The translations under genes and the position numbers were made by a program. Below, in pieces: positions 1 to 11,363 of a DNA stretch of 64,000 nucleotides (the stretch's first letter is position 1; every line of letters begins with the position of its first letter). This stretch comes from Dehalococcoidia bacterium. GTDB taxonomy: Bacteria; Chloroflexota; Dehalococcoidia; UBA2979. Location: NCBI GenBank assembly GCA_963667465.2, contig CAXXDN010000001.1, forward strand, positions 352,001 through 416,000, written 5' to 3'. The notes under the pieces are model-generated. The model made no database searches. It saw only the letters and a list, made by a program, of their open reading frames with translations, and was not told the origin of the DNA.

Positions 1-1861
1 CGTCGCTGACCTCGATGATGTCGCCGGGCTCCTGCGCGACGTTGGGCTGCACGAGCAGCTCGCCGCGTTCGACGGCCAGACGCGACTGGCGCAGCAGCAT
101 GTCCGCTCGCGCGTCGACACGGTCCTGCGCGCCGAGATTCTCGTCGACGGCGATGACCGCGCCCGCACCCTCGGCGATCGCGGCTTCGTCGGTCGCCTCG
201 GCGAAGACGCCGCTGCCGAAGACCCGCGCCCAGCCGGCGGCCGGGCGGCCCGCCTCGATCGCGTGCGCGAGGATGGCGTGGTCCGGGCCGTAGGCGTAGG
301 CGGCTGCGTCGCTCGCGGACGGCTCGGACAGCACCAGCAGGCGGCCGTCACTGCGCAGCCGGTCCGGAAGCGCCCGCAGCAGCCGCCGCATGGCGGTCGC
401 GCCACGTTCGCCGGCGCGCACGGTGAACGCCGGACGCAGCAAGCCGGATTCGCCGCTCGCTCCGCGCATGGTCAGCCGCAGCCCGGCGCGGCGAGCGATC
501 GCGGCGAGGATCTCGATCGCGCTCTGCTGCCCCGCCTCCCACACGAGCTGTTCCGGGGCAATCCATCCCTCGAGCAGGCCGAGCCCATCGACGGCGTCCA
601 CCTCGACCGTCGCAGCGCCGCCACTCCGCCGCCGCCGGAGCGCAGCGATCCAGAAGCGCGGCCCCTCGGATGTCTCGATGCCGGCAGCGCTGCGGTAACC
701 GGGCTGCACCCACAGCTCGCCGCCGGCCGTGAGGGCGATCGGGGCGCGGTCGCCGGCGTAGCGCCCGTCCTCGTTACGCAGTGTCAGCCGCAGCCGTCCC
801 TGCTCGCGCTGATCGATCACTGCTTCCAGTACGTCGTCCGTCAGTTCGTGCTCAGCGTGCGCGATGGGGGCGCGCCAGACCGCGTTCGGCGAGGCGAGCC
901 AGGCGGCGTCGGGGGACGCCGCCGCGCCAAGCCCGTGCGGCGAGGCGTGGACGAAGGGGCGGGGATCGCGCCATTCGCCGTCGCCGTGGAGACTGCCCGC
1001 GAGACCCGCCGCGATCTGCACCCGGTCGTAGGCGCCCGCACCGCGGTAGGACTCGACGAACACGGACTGCGGCGCATCGGCGCGCATCAGGCCGCTCGCG
1101 AGGTAGCTGATGTCCGACCCGGCGGCGGCCGAGGCAACCACGGCGAGCGGCAGCCAGTGGCCCGGCGGCTGCCCGCCGCCCGAGCCGAGCACCGTTGACC
1201 AGACGCCTGCTCCTCCGTCCGCGTCGGTCCCCGACACCAGCACGTTGCAGTCCACCTCGAAGTACGCGGCAAGGCCGTTGACCGTCGCGAGCGAGCGCGA
1301 CCAGGCAACGGGCGCGGCCCACGCGCCGAGAGCCTGGCGGCGGACCGCGTAGACGGTCCCGCCCGAGGCGTAGAGCACGCTCGCGGACCCGTCCCCCTCG
1401 ATCGCAACCGCCAGCGCCGTGACGGACGAGCCGGCGGTCGCCACGGTTCGCGAAGCGCCGAAGCTGGCGCCCGAGTCCGCGCTCTCGCGCACCTCGACGC
1501 GTACGCCGTCCGTGCGGACGCTGGCGAGGATGGCGCGGGCGCCAGAGGCCGCCAGCCCGAGGCGTGGCGCGACCGCAACGGTCGCGACGGCGGTCCAGTC
1601 TCCGAAGCCGGCGCCGGACGCTGGGGCGGCCACCCGTTGGCGGCTGAGCGCGCCCGTTGCGGGATCGATCCGTGCGCGCAGCAAGGCGCCGTCGCCCGCC
1701 ACGGCGAGGGCGCACGGGCCGTTGCCCCTGGCGCCATCGTGGCTGCGCTGCCAGCGCAGCCGGATCGAGCCGGCGTCGCGGTCCAGGAGCCGCACGCGCA
1801 GGTGGGGCTCGGCGCTGGCCGACTGCTGGGCAGCGCGGAGGGTAGGGCTGAGCGCTCGCAT
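1..1861 (-). CDS. Phage tail-like protein (N-terminal beta-propeller/Asp-box region, C-terminal baseplate-hub/gp27-like region); 3' end runs off the window
   Basis: Not in the ORF track, presumably because it has no stop in the window. ATG at 1861, 11 nt after the upstream stop. My translation runs MRALSPTLRAAQQSASAEPHLRV...ESADSGASF (Asp-box-like)...LTDDVLE..RLRLTLRNEDGRY...VEVDAVDGLGLL...GELLVQPNVAQEPGDIIEVSD at the edge. Co-oriented with the capsid gene. Confidence 0.7.
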   Translation of the reverse strand, partial: MRALSPTLRAAQQSASAEPHLRVRLLDRDAGSIRLRWQRSHDGARGNGPCALAVAGDGALLRARIDPATGALSRQRVAAPASGAGFGDWTAVATVAVAPRLGLAASGARAILASVRTDGVRVEVRESADSGASFGASRTVATAGSSVTALAVAIEGDGSASVLYASGGTVYAVRRQALGAWAAPVAWSRSLATVNGLAAYFEVDCNVLVSGTDADGGAGVWSTVLGSGGGQPPGHWLPLAVVASAAAGSDISYLASGLMRADAPQSVFVESYRGAGAYDRVQIAAGLAGSLHGDGEWRDPRPFVHASPHGLGAAASPDAAWLASPNAVWRAPIAHAEHELTDDVLEAVIDQREQGRLRLTLRNEDGRYAGDRAPIALTAGGELWVQPGYRSAAGIETSEGPRFWIAALRRRRSGGAATVEVDAVDGLGLLEGWIAPEQLVWEAGQQSAIEILAAIARRAGLRLTMRGASGESGLLRPAFTVRAGERGATAMRRLLRALPDRLRSDGRLLVLSEPSASDAAAYAYGPDHAILAHAIEAGRPAAGWARVFGSGVFAEATDEAAIAEGAGAVIAVDENLGAQDRVDARADMLLRQSRLAVERGELLVQPNVAQEPGDIIEVSD

Positions 1862-1872
1862 ACGGCCTCGCG

Positions 1873-2478
1873 CTACCCGCCGTGCGGCAGGGAGAGCACG
1901 CCCGAGCGGGCGCGGCCGGCGCGGCCGTGTCTGGCCAGCGCGCGAGCGAACTCGGCGAGCCGCTCCTGCGCCCAGACGTGGTAGTGCCGCCAGGTGTCCG
2001 CGCCGCCCACGTTCACGCGGTTGACCGCGTACGAGGCCCACTCGATTGCCGCGTAGGCGCCCGCCCCGGTCGCCACGAGGTCAGCGAGCGCAGGCGGCAG
2101 CGTGCTGCCGCCTGCGTCGAGCGTGTGCAGCTTCGAGTAGTGGACCGTGACCGCCTCGTCCCCGTCCGGCGGCGCGCCGAGCTGCAACGTCAGCGTGTCA
2201 CCCCAGAGTGAGAACGGCGGCCGCGAGGGCGGGTACAGGCCGACCGGGTACTCGACGGCCTCGATACTGACACGGTCGGCCAGGGCCGCGACGCTGAGGT
2301 CGCGGCTGCCGGCGACCGTCCGCAGCGCCGCGCTCGTCTCGAGCGGCGCGGCGAGCGAGAGCTCGCGGACGGCGCGCTCGACGTGCCGGTCGAGCGCCTC
2401 GTCGGGCCAGCGCTGGTTGGCCGGATCAGTGTCGCGGAGGTCGCGCCGCAGCCGCGCGCGCATCGACGGCAGGTCCAT
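1873..2478 (-). CDS. Putative phage head-tail adaptor/connector protein
   Basis: 201 aa, MDLPSMRARLRRDLRDTD..RWPDEALDRHVERAV N-terminus typical of adaptors; directly downstream of the capsid gene; GAGGAAG RBS. Confidence 0.6.
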   Translation of the reverse strand: MDLPSMRARLRRDLRDTDPANQRWPDEALDRHVERAVRELSLAAPLETSAALRTVAGSRDLSVAALADRVSIEAVEYPVGLYPPSRPPFSLWGDTLTLQLGAPPDGDEAVTVHYSKLHTLDAGGSTLPPALADLVATGAGAYAAIEWASYAVNRVNVGGADTWRHYHVWAQERLAEFARALARHGRAGRARSGVLSLPHGG

Positions 2479-2587
2479 CTCTTCCTCGATTCGGGCTGGG
2501 GAGCCTGGAGGGTGGCGAAAGGGGTTGGGGAGGAGGGCGGCCGCCCGGCGCCGGCCGGACGGGCCACCCTCGCACGCGGCTGGTCGC

Positions 2588-3478
2588 CTAGGGGCGAACG
2601 CCGCTGAGCTTCGCGAGCTTGAGCTCGTTGAAGAGCGCGACCGAGACGTACCACTTGACCCGCACGCGAGTCGCGTCCTTCGTCTCCAGCGCGCCGACCC
2701 GCTCGATGGTCAGCCCGCCGGGCGCGGTCAGCCCGGCCACGGCGCCCTCGCCGAACTGCAGGGCGTAGACCGCCGAAGTGTCCTTGGACGTGCCGGTGGT
2801 GTCGTCGTCGGCGATGTGGTCGTTCACGCCGATCGGGATGCCGTCGTAGAAGGCGACCATGCGGCCGAACTCGTCGCGGTCGTGCTCGACGACGCCGCCG
2901 CCCGCCGCACGCGCGAGCTTGTTGAGCGCCCGCCGCGAGCGGCGCGACATCAGCAGCAGCTCCGGCTTGCCGCCACGCACCGTGTCGATCAACTCGTCGA
3001 GCTTGTCGAGGGTGAGCGTGGCCCCGTTCGCGCCCATCGAGACCGTCTGCGCCGCCGGGCACAGCTCGTCGAGGCCATCGAACGACTTCGCATCGCTGCT
3101 CGTGTCGCCGTTGATGAACGTGTCGTCGAACTTCTGCTGGACGGACTTCGCCTTGAGCGCCACGACTGCCGCCTCGATGTCCTGCACGTTGCTGCGGGTG
3201 CGGGCGATGTAGTTGTCGATGTCTGCGTCGCCGCCGAGGATCGTCAGCGCGGTCGTGATCTGCTTGAACGTCGGCGTGTCCTCGGACCAGGTGTCCCCCA
3301 CCGAGTAGAAGCCGGCCGAGGCCGAGAGCTTCTCACGGTTGTAGGTGAGCCCGTTGCCGACGATCTCGATGAACGGCAGCCGCTGCAGGATCGGGCTGTC
3401 GTAGATCACCGTCTCGATCACGCCCTCGAGCAGGACGTCGTTCGAGAGCTTCGCGCCTTCGGTCAGGGTCAGTGCCAT
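2588..3478 (-). CDS. Phage major capsid protein (HK97-like fold)
   Basis: 296 aa, MALTLTEGAKLS..SPILQRLPFIEIVGNGLTYNRE..FINGD..FDGL..LDELID..DGIPI..RVRVKWYVSVAL; AAGGAA RBS; strongly biased codon usage. Confidence 0.85.
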   Translation of the reverse strand: MALTLTEGAKLSNDVLLEGVIETVIYDSPILQRLPFIEIVGNGLTYNREKLSASAGFYSVGDTWSEDTPTFKQITTALTILGGDADIDNYIARTRSNVQDIEAAVVALKAKSVQQKFDDTFINGDTSSDAKSFDGLDELCPAAQTVSMGANGATLTLDKLDELIDTVRGGKPELLLMSRRSRRALNKLARAAGGGVVEHDRDEFGRMVAFYDGIPIGVNDHIADDDTTGTSKDTSAVYALQFGEGAVAGLTAPGGLTIERVGALETKDATRVRVKWYVSVALFNELKLAKLSGVRP

Positions 3479-3594
3479 GGTGTCGTGTTCCGTTCCTTCC
3501 GGCGCGCGCCGCGCGCCTCGCTCGTCATTGCCGCGGGCACGCTAGTGACGTGCGCGCGCTGCTCCGAGGGTCATGTGGCAGCACTCGCCGCCGG

Positions 3595-4083
3595 CTACGT
3601 CCGGCTCCGCTGCTCGAGGCCGTAGGCGATCTTCTCGGCCGTGGTCATCGCCTCCGTGCGCGGTCCGCGCCGCTCCGGCGCACCGGCCGGGAAGCCACGC
3701 GCCGCCTCGTCCTCCGACTCGCGGGCGATCCGCTCCCGGATCTCCGCGACCGTGCGGCGCGCTGCCTCGACCGAGGCGTCGACGGCCTCGGTGTCGTCGC
3801 CCTCGACCAGCTCGGGCGGCAGCGCCGGCTCGGCCGTCAGCAGCGCTGCGCGGTAGCGCGCGACGGCGGCCCGGCGCGCGGCACGCTCGGCGTCGAGGGC
3901 GTCCCGGGCCTCCTGCAGCTCGCCGCGCAGCGTGATCAGACCGTCGTGTTCGGCCTCGGCGACGGCGGCGAGCTCCGCCGCAGCCTCGTCGGGCAGGTCA
4001 TCCCCGGACGGTTCGGGACCAGCGATCGGCTCGCTCGAGGCCGCGTTCCCGGCTTCCTGCTCCCTCGCGTCGTGTTCGGTCAT
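3595..4083 (-). CDS. Putative capsid scaffolding protein
   Basis: Acidic, coiled-coil-rich 162 aa; C-terminal PAGAPER..MTTAEKIAYGL; immediately upstream of capsid. Start refined to ATG 4083 (GAAGGAG RBS). Confidence 0.55.
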   Translation of the reverse strand: MTEHDAREQEAGNAASSEPIAGPEPSGDDLPDEAAAELAAVAEAEHDGLITLRGELQEARDALDAERAARRAAVARYRAALLTAEPALPPELVEGDDTEAVDASVEAARRTVAEIRERIARESEDEAARGFPAGAPERRGPRTEAMTTAEKIAYGLEQRSRT

Positions 4084-4199
4084 GCGTCTCTCCTTCGGGC
4101 AATCCGGTGTCCCCGGATCAGCGTTGTCGAAGAGCACGCTGCGCGTTGCGCGCGCGAACTCCGAGCGCCGGGTGGCGCTCGGCGCTGTACGATCCGGCC

Positions 4200-4796
4200 A
4201 TGGCCACTTCCGGGACCGCGGCTTCCGAGGTCACGACGCCTCGCGAGGGAGGACGGATCGCGATCCGCTCGCTTGCGCCCGCCGATCTGCGCGCGGTGCG
4301 GCGGCTGGAGCGCGCCGCCTACGGATCCGCCAACCCGCGCACCGCGTTCGAGCGCGAGCTGCGCAACGGCCTGGCGAGCTACCTCGTCGCTGTCGACGCC
4401 GCGTCCGCCGCCGAGCGGCCGGCGCGACGCGGGCCGCTCGCCTGGCTACGACGGCGCCTCGGGGCTGCCGAGGGCCCGCCGATCCTCGGCTTCGCAGGCG
4501 CCTGGTACACGCACGAGCAGCTGCATCTGGTCACGCTCGCCGTCGATCCGCGCGAACAGCGGCAGGGCATCGGGCTCGCCCTGGTGCTCGCGGTCTGCGA
4601 CCTGGCGATCGAGGCCGAGCTGGACAGCGTCGCGCTGGAGGTGCGCGCCTCGAACGCGGGCGCACTGCGGCTCTACGAGCGCTGCGGCTTCCGCCGGGTC
4701 GGCCACCTGCGCCGCTACTACAGCGACAACGGCGAGGACGCGATCGTGATGCTGCTCGACGGCCTCACCGCGCGCACGGTGGGCGAAGAAGACTGA
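4200..4796 (+). CDS. rimI: Ribosomal protein S18-alanine N-acetyltransferase (GNAT)
   Basis: LAVDPREQRQGIG, LEVRASN..A..LY..CGF, RRYYSDNGEDAIVM motifs; ATG 4200 follows TACGAT by 6 nt. Confidence 0.85.
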   Translation: MATSGTAASEVTTPREGGRIAIRSLAPADLRAVRRLERAAYGSANPRTAFERELRNGLASYLVAVDAASAAERPARRGPLAWLRRRLGAAEGPPILGFAGAWYTHEQLHLVTLAVDPREQRQGIGLALVLAVCDLAIEAELDSVALEVRASNAGALRLYERCGFRRVGHLRRYYSDNGEDAIVMLLDGLTARTVGEED

Positions 4797-4845
4797 GCGC
4801 AGGCCGCACGCGTGCCCTCAGAAGGACCGGCCCCCTCCCTCCGGC

Positions 4846-4878
4846 CCCCTCTCCCGGGGGAGAGAGTGGGGGTGAGGG
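4846..4878. repeat. REP-like GC-rich palindromic extragenic element
   Basis: CCCCTCTCCC-GGGGGAGAGAGTGGGGGTGAGGG between convergent genes; resembles CCCTCTCCC..GGGAGAGGG..GGGGTGAGGG REP-type repeats. One copy only in this window. Confidence 0.4.
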
Positions 4879-4963
4879 CGCTCGCCATGCTGACTCCCGG
4901 CTCGACGGGTTGTTGCGCCCTCGGGGATGCGTACCCGGCGACAGGATCGTGCGCGCGCTTGGC

Positions 4964-5278
4964 TTACGAGGCGGCAGCGGCCTCCTCGGCCTCTTCGAGC
5001 TCTGCCGCCGGGTCGTGGACGTAGCGCAGATAGCGGTCGTCGCGCTCGCCGAGGAGTACGAGCATGCCCTCGGCCTCCTGCTCGCGTACCCAGCTGGAGA
5101 GCCTGGCGCTGTGGCCGAAGATCAGGAACGTCTCGCCTGTGAAGGAGAAGCGGCGGCCGTTGACGGTGACGTAGTAGGGCGGCGGACCGTCGTCCTCATT
5201 GAAGTTCAGGACGAACACGTCGGCCTCTCCCTCGGAGAGCACCGTCAGGTCATCGAAACCGACTTCGACCTCGCTCAC
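4964..5278 (-). CDS. Hypothetical acidic protein (104 aa)
   Basis: GTG at 5278 with GGGAGG RBS; MSEVEVGFDDLTVLSEGEADVFVLNF...; typical codon usage. This is the C-terminal half of the track ORF 4964..5575. Confidence 0.7.
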   Translation of the reverse strand: MSEVEVGFDDLTVLSEGEADVFVLNFNEDDGPPPYYVTVNGRRFSFTGETFLIFGHSARLSSWVREQEAEGMLVLLGERDDRYLRYVHDPAAELEEAEEAAAAS

Positions 5279-5337
5279 CTTCGCCTCCCTCGGCCGCCCG
5301 CGCACGGGGCATCGCGCCAGATGATACGGGCGTCCCC

Positions 5338-5817
5338 CTACGAGGGGCCAGCGTCTCCACCGTCTGCAGCGGGCGTCGCGCGCAGGTCCGGCGCGGCGAG
5401 CAACATCAGCAGCGTCACGATCACCGCCGAACCCACGCACCAGACGCAGATCGCCTCGATCTCGAACAGCTCGAGCCAGGTCAGGTAGGCGGAGTAGAGC
5501 GTGCCGCCGAGGGCGAGCGCGAACGTGAGCCCGGCCAGCGCCTGCGGCGGCTCCTCGCCTCGCAACGCCGCCCACCAGCGCCGCGCGGCGATCAGCGCGA
5601 GCAGCGCGAGGTACATGCCAAGACCGAGCACGGCTATCGGCACCCCGGCAATCTCAGCGAACTCGGAACCCTGGACAGTCTGGCAGTCGCCGACACCGGA
5701 GCACGCGGCCTCTTGCCCCTCGTCGAGGGCGACCCAGCTGAGGTAGCCCGCGACCACAACGCCGGCGATCGCGAGCGCGAGCAGCAGGTCGTGGCGGCGG
5801 GCGAGCAGGAAGGCCAC
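5338..5817 (-). CDS. Vitamin K epoxide reductase (VKOR) family disulfide-bond formation protein
   Basis: C-SGVGD-C loop pair, CVWC active site, four hydrophobic helices. Confidence 0.9.
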   Translation of the reverse strand: MAFLLARRHDLLLALAIAGVVVAGYLSWVALDEGQEAACSGVGDCQTVQGSEFAEIAGVPIAVLGLGMYLALLALIAARRWWAALRGEEPPQALAGLTFALALGGTLYSAYLTWLELFEIEAICVWCVGSAVIVTLLMLLAAPDLRATPAADGGDAGPS

Positions 5818-5829
5818 GGTCCGCAGCGG

Positions 5830-6645
5830 CTAGCCGCCGTCGTCCGGCAGGAGGCTGTCGATCACCTCGCGGAAGGTCTCGATCGGCTGGGCGCCGGGAA
5901 CCACTTGCCCGTTGATCAGGAAGTTCGGGGTCGACAACCGGCCAAGCAGACTCTGGAGCACCTGGGCGGACTGCCCGGCCTCTTCCTCGACGATCAGTTC
6001 CTTGATGCCGGACTCGACGCAGTCATCGAAGGCATCGAGGTCGAACGCGCCCTCGGGCAGCTCATCAGCGACCTCGCGCGCGAAGTTCTTGACGTTGCCC
6101 TCGGAGGCCCACCCGGCGCGGCCCTGACGCTGGAAGAGTACGTCGTGGTAGGGCCAGAACAGGTTCTGGTCGGCCGCGCACTCAGAGGCAGCGGCTGCGC
6201 TCACGGAGTCGGGCCCGAGCAACGGGAGGTGGCGAAACTCGATCGAGACGAGGCCCTGGTTGATGTACTCCTCCTCGATCAACGGCTTGGTGTCATGGCT
6301 GAAGTCGCCGCAGTGCCCGCAGGTGAAGTCCTCGAAAGCGACGATGCGCACGGGCGCGTCGGCCACGCCGAGGAGCTTGCCATCGACAGGAGCCGATGAG
6401 CCTTGATACTCGAACTCGCCGTCGCCCACGGCGTTGCTGCCACCGGGCCGGTTGAACCAGACGAGCGCCGCGACGATCACGACGGTCACGAGGACGACGC
6501 CGATGGTGAGGAACCCGCCGAACGAGTCGATCGTGGCCTTCAGGCCGCGGCCCGCTTGCTGCGCCTGCTGTTCGGCCTGCTGCTCGGGCTGCTGCCCGGC
6601 GCCCGGCCCTCCCCGGCGGCGGCGGCGACGACGACTACTACCCAC
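5830..6645 (-). CDS. Membrane-anchored DsbA-like thioredoxin
   Basis: Single TM helix, FEDFTCGHC, cis-Pro loop STPNF; adjacent to VKOR. Confidence 0.9.
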   Translation of the reverse strand: MGSSRRRRRRRGGPGAGQQPEQQAEQQAQQAGRGLKATIDSFGGFLTIGVVLVTVVIVAALVWFNRPGGSNAVGDGEFEYQGSSAPVDGKLLGVADAPVRIVAFEDFTCGHCGDFSHDTKPLIEEEYINQGLVSIEFRHLPLLGPDSVSAAAASECAADQNLFWPYHDVLFQRQGRAGWASEGNVKNFAREVADELPEGAFDLDAFDDCVESGIKELIVEEEAGQSAQVLQSLLGRLSTPNFLINGQVVPGAQPIETFREVIDSLLPDDGG

Positions 6646-6771
6646 GATGCCTCCGTCCGCTCACTGTCACGGGGCGCTGACGGCCGCTTCGATTATCCGG
6701 CGGGGGCGGGGGGCGGGCAACGGCGGGGCGTTTCGTCGATCTCATGACTGGCATCGACCTGTTCGCTGGCC

Positions 6772-9210
<2,439 letters not shown>

Positions 9211-9255
9211 CGCCGTATTACCCTTCGCACCACGTCGCGTCCCGTCGTCTCGTGA

Positions 9256-9600
9256 TCAGCGCTGGCCGCGGCGCGGCGTGCGCTCCGGCAGCATCGAGCG
9301 CAGCCGATCGAGCTCGGCGCGCGCGTCGTCCAGCTCGGCCTGCAGGTCCTCGACGCGGCGGCTGAGCCGCAGCAGCACCTCGGCGCCCGCGAGGTTCACG
9401 CCGAGGTCCTCGACGTACTGGCGCAGCCGGCGCAGCACCTCGACGTCGCGCTGCGAGTAGAGGCGCTGGTTGCCGGCGCTGCGCGCGGGGGCGACGAAGC
9501 CCATCCGCTCGTAGGTGCGCAGCGTCTGCTGGTGGACGCCCACCATGCGCGCCACCACCGAGATCTGGAAGACCGGCTCGTCCTGCGGAATGTTGGTCAT
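9256..9600 (-). CDS. hspR: MerR-family heat-shock repressor HspR
   Basis: PVFQISVVARMVGVHQQTLRTYER..GNQRLYS..LGVNLAG; lies between dnaJ-like and clp genes. Confidence 0.85.
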   Translation of the reverse strand: MTNIPQDEPVFQISVVARMVGVHQQTLRTYERMGFVAPARSAGNQRLYSQRDVEVLRRLRQYVEDLGVNLAGAEVLLRLSRRVEDLQAELDDARAELDRLRSMLPERTPRRGQR

Positions 9601-9623
9601 GATCCGTCCGTCCTGGTCGTCGT

Positions 9624-10622
9624 TCAGGGCGCCGCCGAGGAGGCGCGCCCTTCCTCCGCAGCCGCGGCCTCAACCGTCGCGGGTTCGCCCTCGCGGCCGC
9701 CCTCGCTGTCCCGCAGCTGCTCGAACAGCGCGCGCTGGGCGTCGTCGATCGGCTCGGGGAGGCGCAGCCGCACGCGCGCGAGCAGGTCGCCGTGGCCGCC
9801 GCCGCTGTGCGGCATCCCCTGGCCCGCGAGGCGGAAGACGCGCCCGCCCTGTGTCTCCGCGGGGATCCGCAGCGCCAGCGCTCGCCCCTTGAGCGTCGGC
9901 ACCTCCGCCTCGCCGCCGAGCGCGGCGTCGGCGACGGGCACGTCGATCTCGACGTGCAGATCGTCGCCACGACGCTCGAAGCGCGGGTGGGCGGAGACGC
10001 TGACGCGCAGGAAGAGGTCGCCCGGAGCGCCGCCGCCGCGCCCCGGACCACCCTTGCCGCGGACGCGCACGCGCCCGCCGTCCTGGATGCCGGCCGGAAT
10101 GTCCACCTCAATGCGGCGCGACCCGCCGCCAGCATCGCGCAGCTCGATGGTGCGCGAGGCGCCGTGGTACGACTCCTCGAGGCTGACGCGCACGGGATGC
10201 TCGACATCCTCGCCGCTCGCGCGGGCAGGCCGGCCGCCGCCGCGCCCGAAGAGCCCGCCGAAGAGATCGCCGAGGCCGCCGCCGTCGCCGCCGAGGTCGA
10301 ACTCGACGTGCCGGAAGCCGCCGCCCGGACCACCGGGGCCACCGCCGAAGCGGAAGCCGCCCGCGCCCTGGCGGCGCATTTGCTCCTCGATCTGATCGGC
10401 GTTGCGCCAGTTGTCGCCGTACTTGTCGTACGCGGCGCGAGTCTCGGAGTCCGACAGCACCTCGTGCGCCGCGCTGACTTGCTTGAAGCGCTCCTCCGCC
10501 TCGGCATTGCCGGGGTTGACGTCCGGATGGTACTGGCGGGCGAGCTTGCGGAAGGCATCGCGGATGTCCTTCTCGGATGCCGAGCGCGAGACGCCGAGGA
10601 CGGAGTAGTAGTCCGTTGCCAT
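9624..10622 (-). CDS. Class B J-domain protein (CbpA/DnaJ2-like, no zinc finger)
   Basis: J-domain with HPD, G/F-rich linker, DnaJ C-terminal domains, no CxxCxGxG. Confidence 0.9.
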   Translation of the reverse strand: MATDYYSVLGVSRSASEKDIRDAFRKLARQYHPDVNPGNAEAEERFKQVSAAHEVLSDSETRAAYDKYGDNWRNADQIEEQMRRQGAGGFRFGGGPGGPGGGFRHVEFDLGGDGGGLGDLFGGLFGRGGGRPARASGEDVEHPVRVSLEESYHGASRTIELRDAGGGSRRIEVDIPAGIQDGGRVRVRGKGGPGRGGGAPGDLFLRVSVSAHPRFERRGDDLHVEIDVPVADAALGGEAEVPTLKGRALALRIPAETQGGRVFRLAGQGMPHSGGGHGDLLARVRLRLPEPIDDAQRALFEQLRDSEGGREGEPATVEAAAAEEGRASSAAP

Positions 10623-10628
10623 GCCAGC

Positions 10629-10637
10629 AGTATAACA
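10629..10637 (-). promoter_or_regulatory. Extended -10 promoter (TGT-TATACT), probably leaderless dnaJ2-hspR-clpC transcript
   Basis: TATACT ends 6 nt before ATG 10622; no SD sequence. Confidence 0.55.
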
Positions 10638-10662
10638 GAATGACGTTTACAGGTAGATACTA

Positions 10663-10683
10663 CCTTAGTCTCAGAAACTCATA
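10663..10683. promoter_or_regulatory. Degenerate HAIR-like (HspR) operator
   Basis: CCTTAGT-N7-ACTCATA versus consensus CTTGAGT-N7-ACTCAAG (5/7 per arm), in an AT-rich divergent region beside the hspR operon. Confidence 0.45.
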
Positions 10684-10687
10684 TTTA

Positions 10688-10717
10688 TTGACACGTCCCG
10701 CATAGCTACCATAAACT
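10688..10717 (+). promoter_or_regulatory. Sigma70-type promoter of hsp20
   Basis: TTGACA (10688-93), 18 nt spacer, TAAACT (10712-17). Confidence 0.6.
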
Positions 10718-10790
10718 GCAACTCGACAGGGAGGGGTCCGGCGAATCCCCTCGAACGAGCGCGAACAGCGCGTAAGGAGGCACCAGACAG

Positions 10791-11252
10791 ATGGCGCACA
10801 ACACGAGCATCGTGCGGCGCGACCCGTTTACCGGCATGCGGCAGATGATGGACCGGCTCTTCGACGACTCCTTCTTCCGCTCCGGTCCCGCCGGCTGGCC
10901 CGGCGCCGCCTGGAGCATCGAGGAAGGCACCCTGCCGGTCGATCTCTCCCGGGCCGACGGCGCGATCAAGGTGCGCGCCTCGCTGCCCGGCTTCAAGCCG
11001 GAGGACATCGACGTGCAGGTCCACGAAGGCGTGCTCTCGATCAAGGCCGAGCACGACGAGGAGCACGCGTCCAGCGACGAGCGTTTCTACCGGCGTGAGC
11101 GCGTGAGCGGCTCCGTGAGCCGCCGTATCGCCCTCCCGGGCGTCGTGCGCGACGCCGCGGTGGACGCGCAACTGGAGGACGGCGTGCTCACCCTGACGCT
11201 CCCGCTGCCCGAGCAGCCGCAGCCGAAGCAGATCGAGATCCAGACCAACTAG
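10791..11252 (+). CDS. Small heat-shock protein Hsp20/alpha-crystallin
   Basis: LPGFKPEDIDV, RRER..G..SRRIALP, A.LEDGVLTLTLP; TAAGGAGG RBS. Confidence 0.95.
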   Translation: MAHNTSIVRRDPFTGMRQMMDRLFDDSFFRSGPAGWPGAAWSIEEGTLPVDLSRADGAIKVRASLPGFKPEDIDVQVHEGVLSIKAEHDEEHASSDERFYRRERVSGSVSRRIALPGVVRDAAVDAQLEDGVLTLTLPLPEQPQPKQIEIQTN

Positions 11253-11296
11253 TCCCGCCCTCGCGGCTTCCTCCCGGCCGCAACGGCGCACCGCCG

Positions 11297-11324
11297 ACGG
11301 CCCCGGGGTTCACCCCGGGGCCGT
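11297..11324. terminator. Strong hairpin between convergent genes, probable terminator
   Basis: ACGGCCCCGGGG-TTCA-CCCCGGGGCCGT, perfect 12-bp stem. Confidence 0.65.
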
Positions 11325-11363
11325 TGCTTGTGTGCACCGCGGCTCTCGAATGTCGCGCCGAAG

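Noticed and set aside
263..1737. Track ORFs 263..1198(+), 852..1715(-), 1087..1737(-) and neighbours
   Set aside because: Shadow or alternate frames of the real minus-strand gene starting at 1861; Arg/Pro/Ala-rich with no motifs.
2588..3478. Encapsulin interpretation of the capsid gene
   Set aside because: Neighbours look like scaffold, adaptor and tail proteins rather than cargo enzymes. Less likely, though not formally excluded.
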